A stretch of DNA of 64,000 nucleotides from Daphnia carinata (taxonomy: Eukaryota): contig NC_081333.1 of NCBI RefSeq assembly GCF_022539665.2, forward strand, positions 4,278,001-4,342,000, read 5' to 3'. This document shows, in pieces, positions 63,755 to 64,000 of this stretch (position 1 is the stretch's first letter; every line of letters begins with the position of its first letter). The notes below the pieces were generated by a model, which was not told where the DNA came from, did no database searches, and saw only the letters and a program-made list of their open reading frames with translations. The translations under genes and the position numbers were made by a program.

Positions 63755-64000
63755 TTTATTTCACTTTAAAAGTATTTGAAATTTTCCAATCAGATGTGTC
63801 TCAAAAACTTCGATGTGACTGTGATCTGCTAATCGTCTGCTAAATTTTACGTAATTTGAAATTCTTTACAATACTAGAGCAGCGCCTCTAGTGAGAAGAC
63901 CTAATACTGCGGAAGCGAAAAAGCAAATGTTAGTATTTCAGCAAACGGTTATCGGCAATTCCAATGCTATAATATCAGTTGGCTCATCGTTTGCCCCTGT

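Overview
This is eukaryotic, intron-rich animal DNA. Short 55-80 nt introns, dense gene packing, long homopolymers and arthropod-type proteins suggest a crustacean such as Daphnia (inference). Bases 1-13.4 kb are AT- and microsatellite-rich and mostly non-coding, possibly the 5' part of a minus-strand gene. From 13.5 to 42.3 kb there is a compact gene run: TMEM17(-), PET100(+), Derlin-2(-), SLC5A7-like choline transporter(+), HIBCH(+), testican/Cow-like proteoglycan(-), a 2OG-Fe(II) oxygenase-domain protein(+), C22orf39-like(+) and a PPM1E/F-like PP2C with a very long acidic-then-basic tail(+). From 43.4 to 54.1 kb is a nested transposon island: a 5.2 kb foldback element, an hAT-type MITE with an 8-bp TSD, and an element with interleaved inverted repeats. 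SERHL/kraken-like(+), MRPS5(-), a second TIR element of the same family (58.0-62.4 kb) and COX17(-) follow. The most notable observation is a ~380 bp GC-rich, multi-hairpin module present three times inside two TIR elements whose interiors otherwise show little visible similarity. It shows one compensatory and several G-U-preserving substitutions that all favour one strand, and it always lies next to acceptor-less tRNA-like cassettes. It is a candidate transposon-borne structured RNA or ssDNA element. All calls were made by eye; no searches were run.
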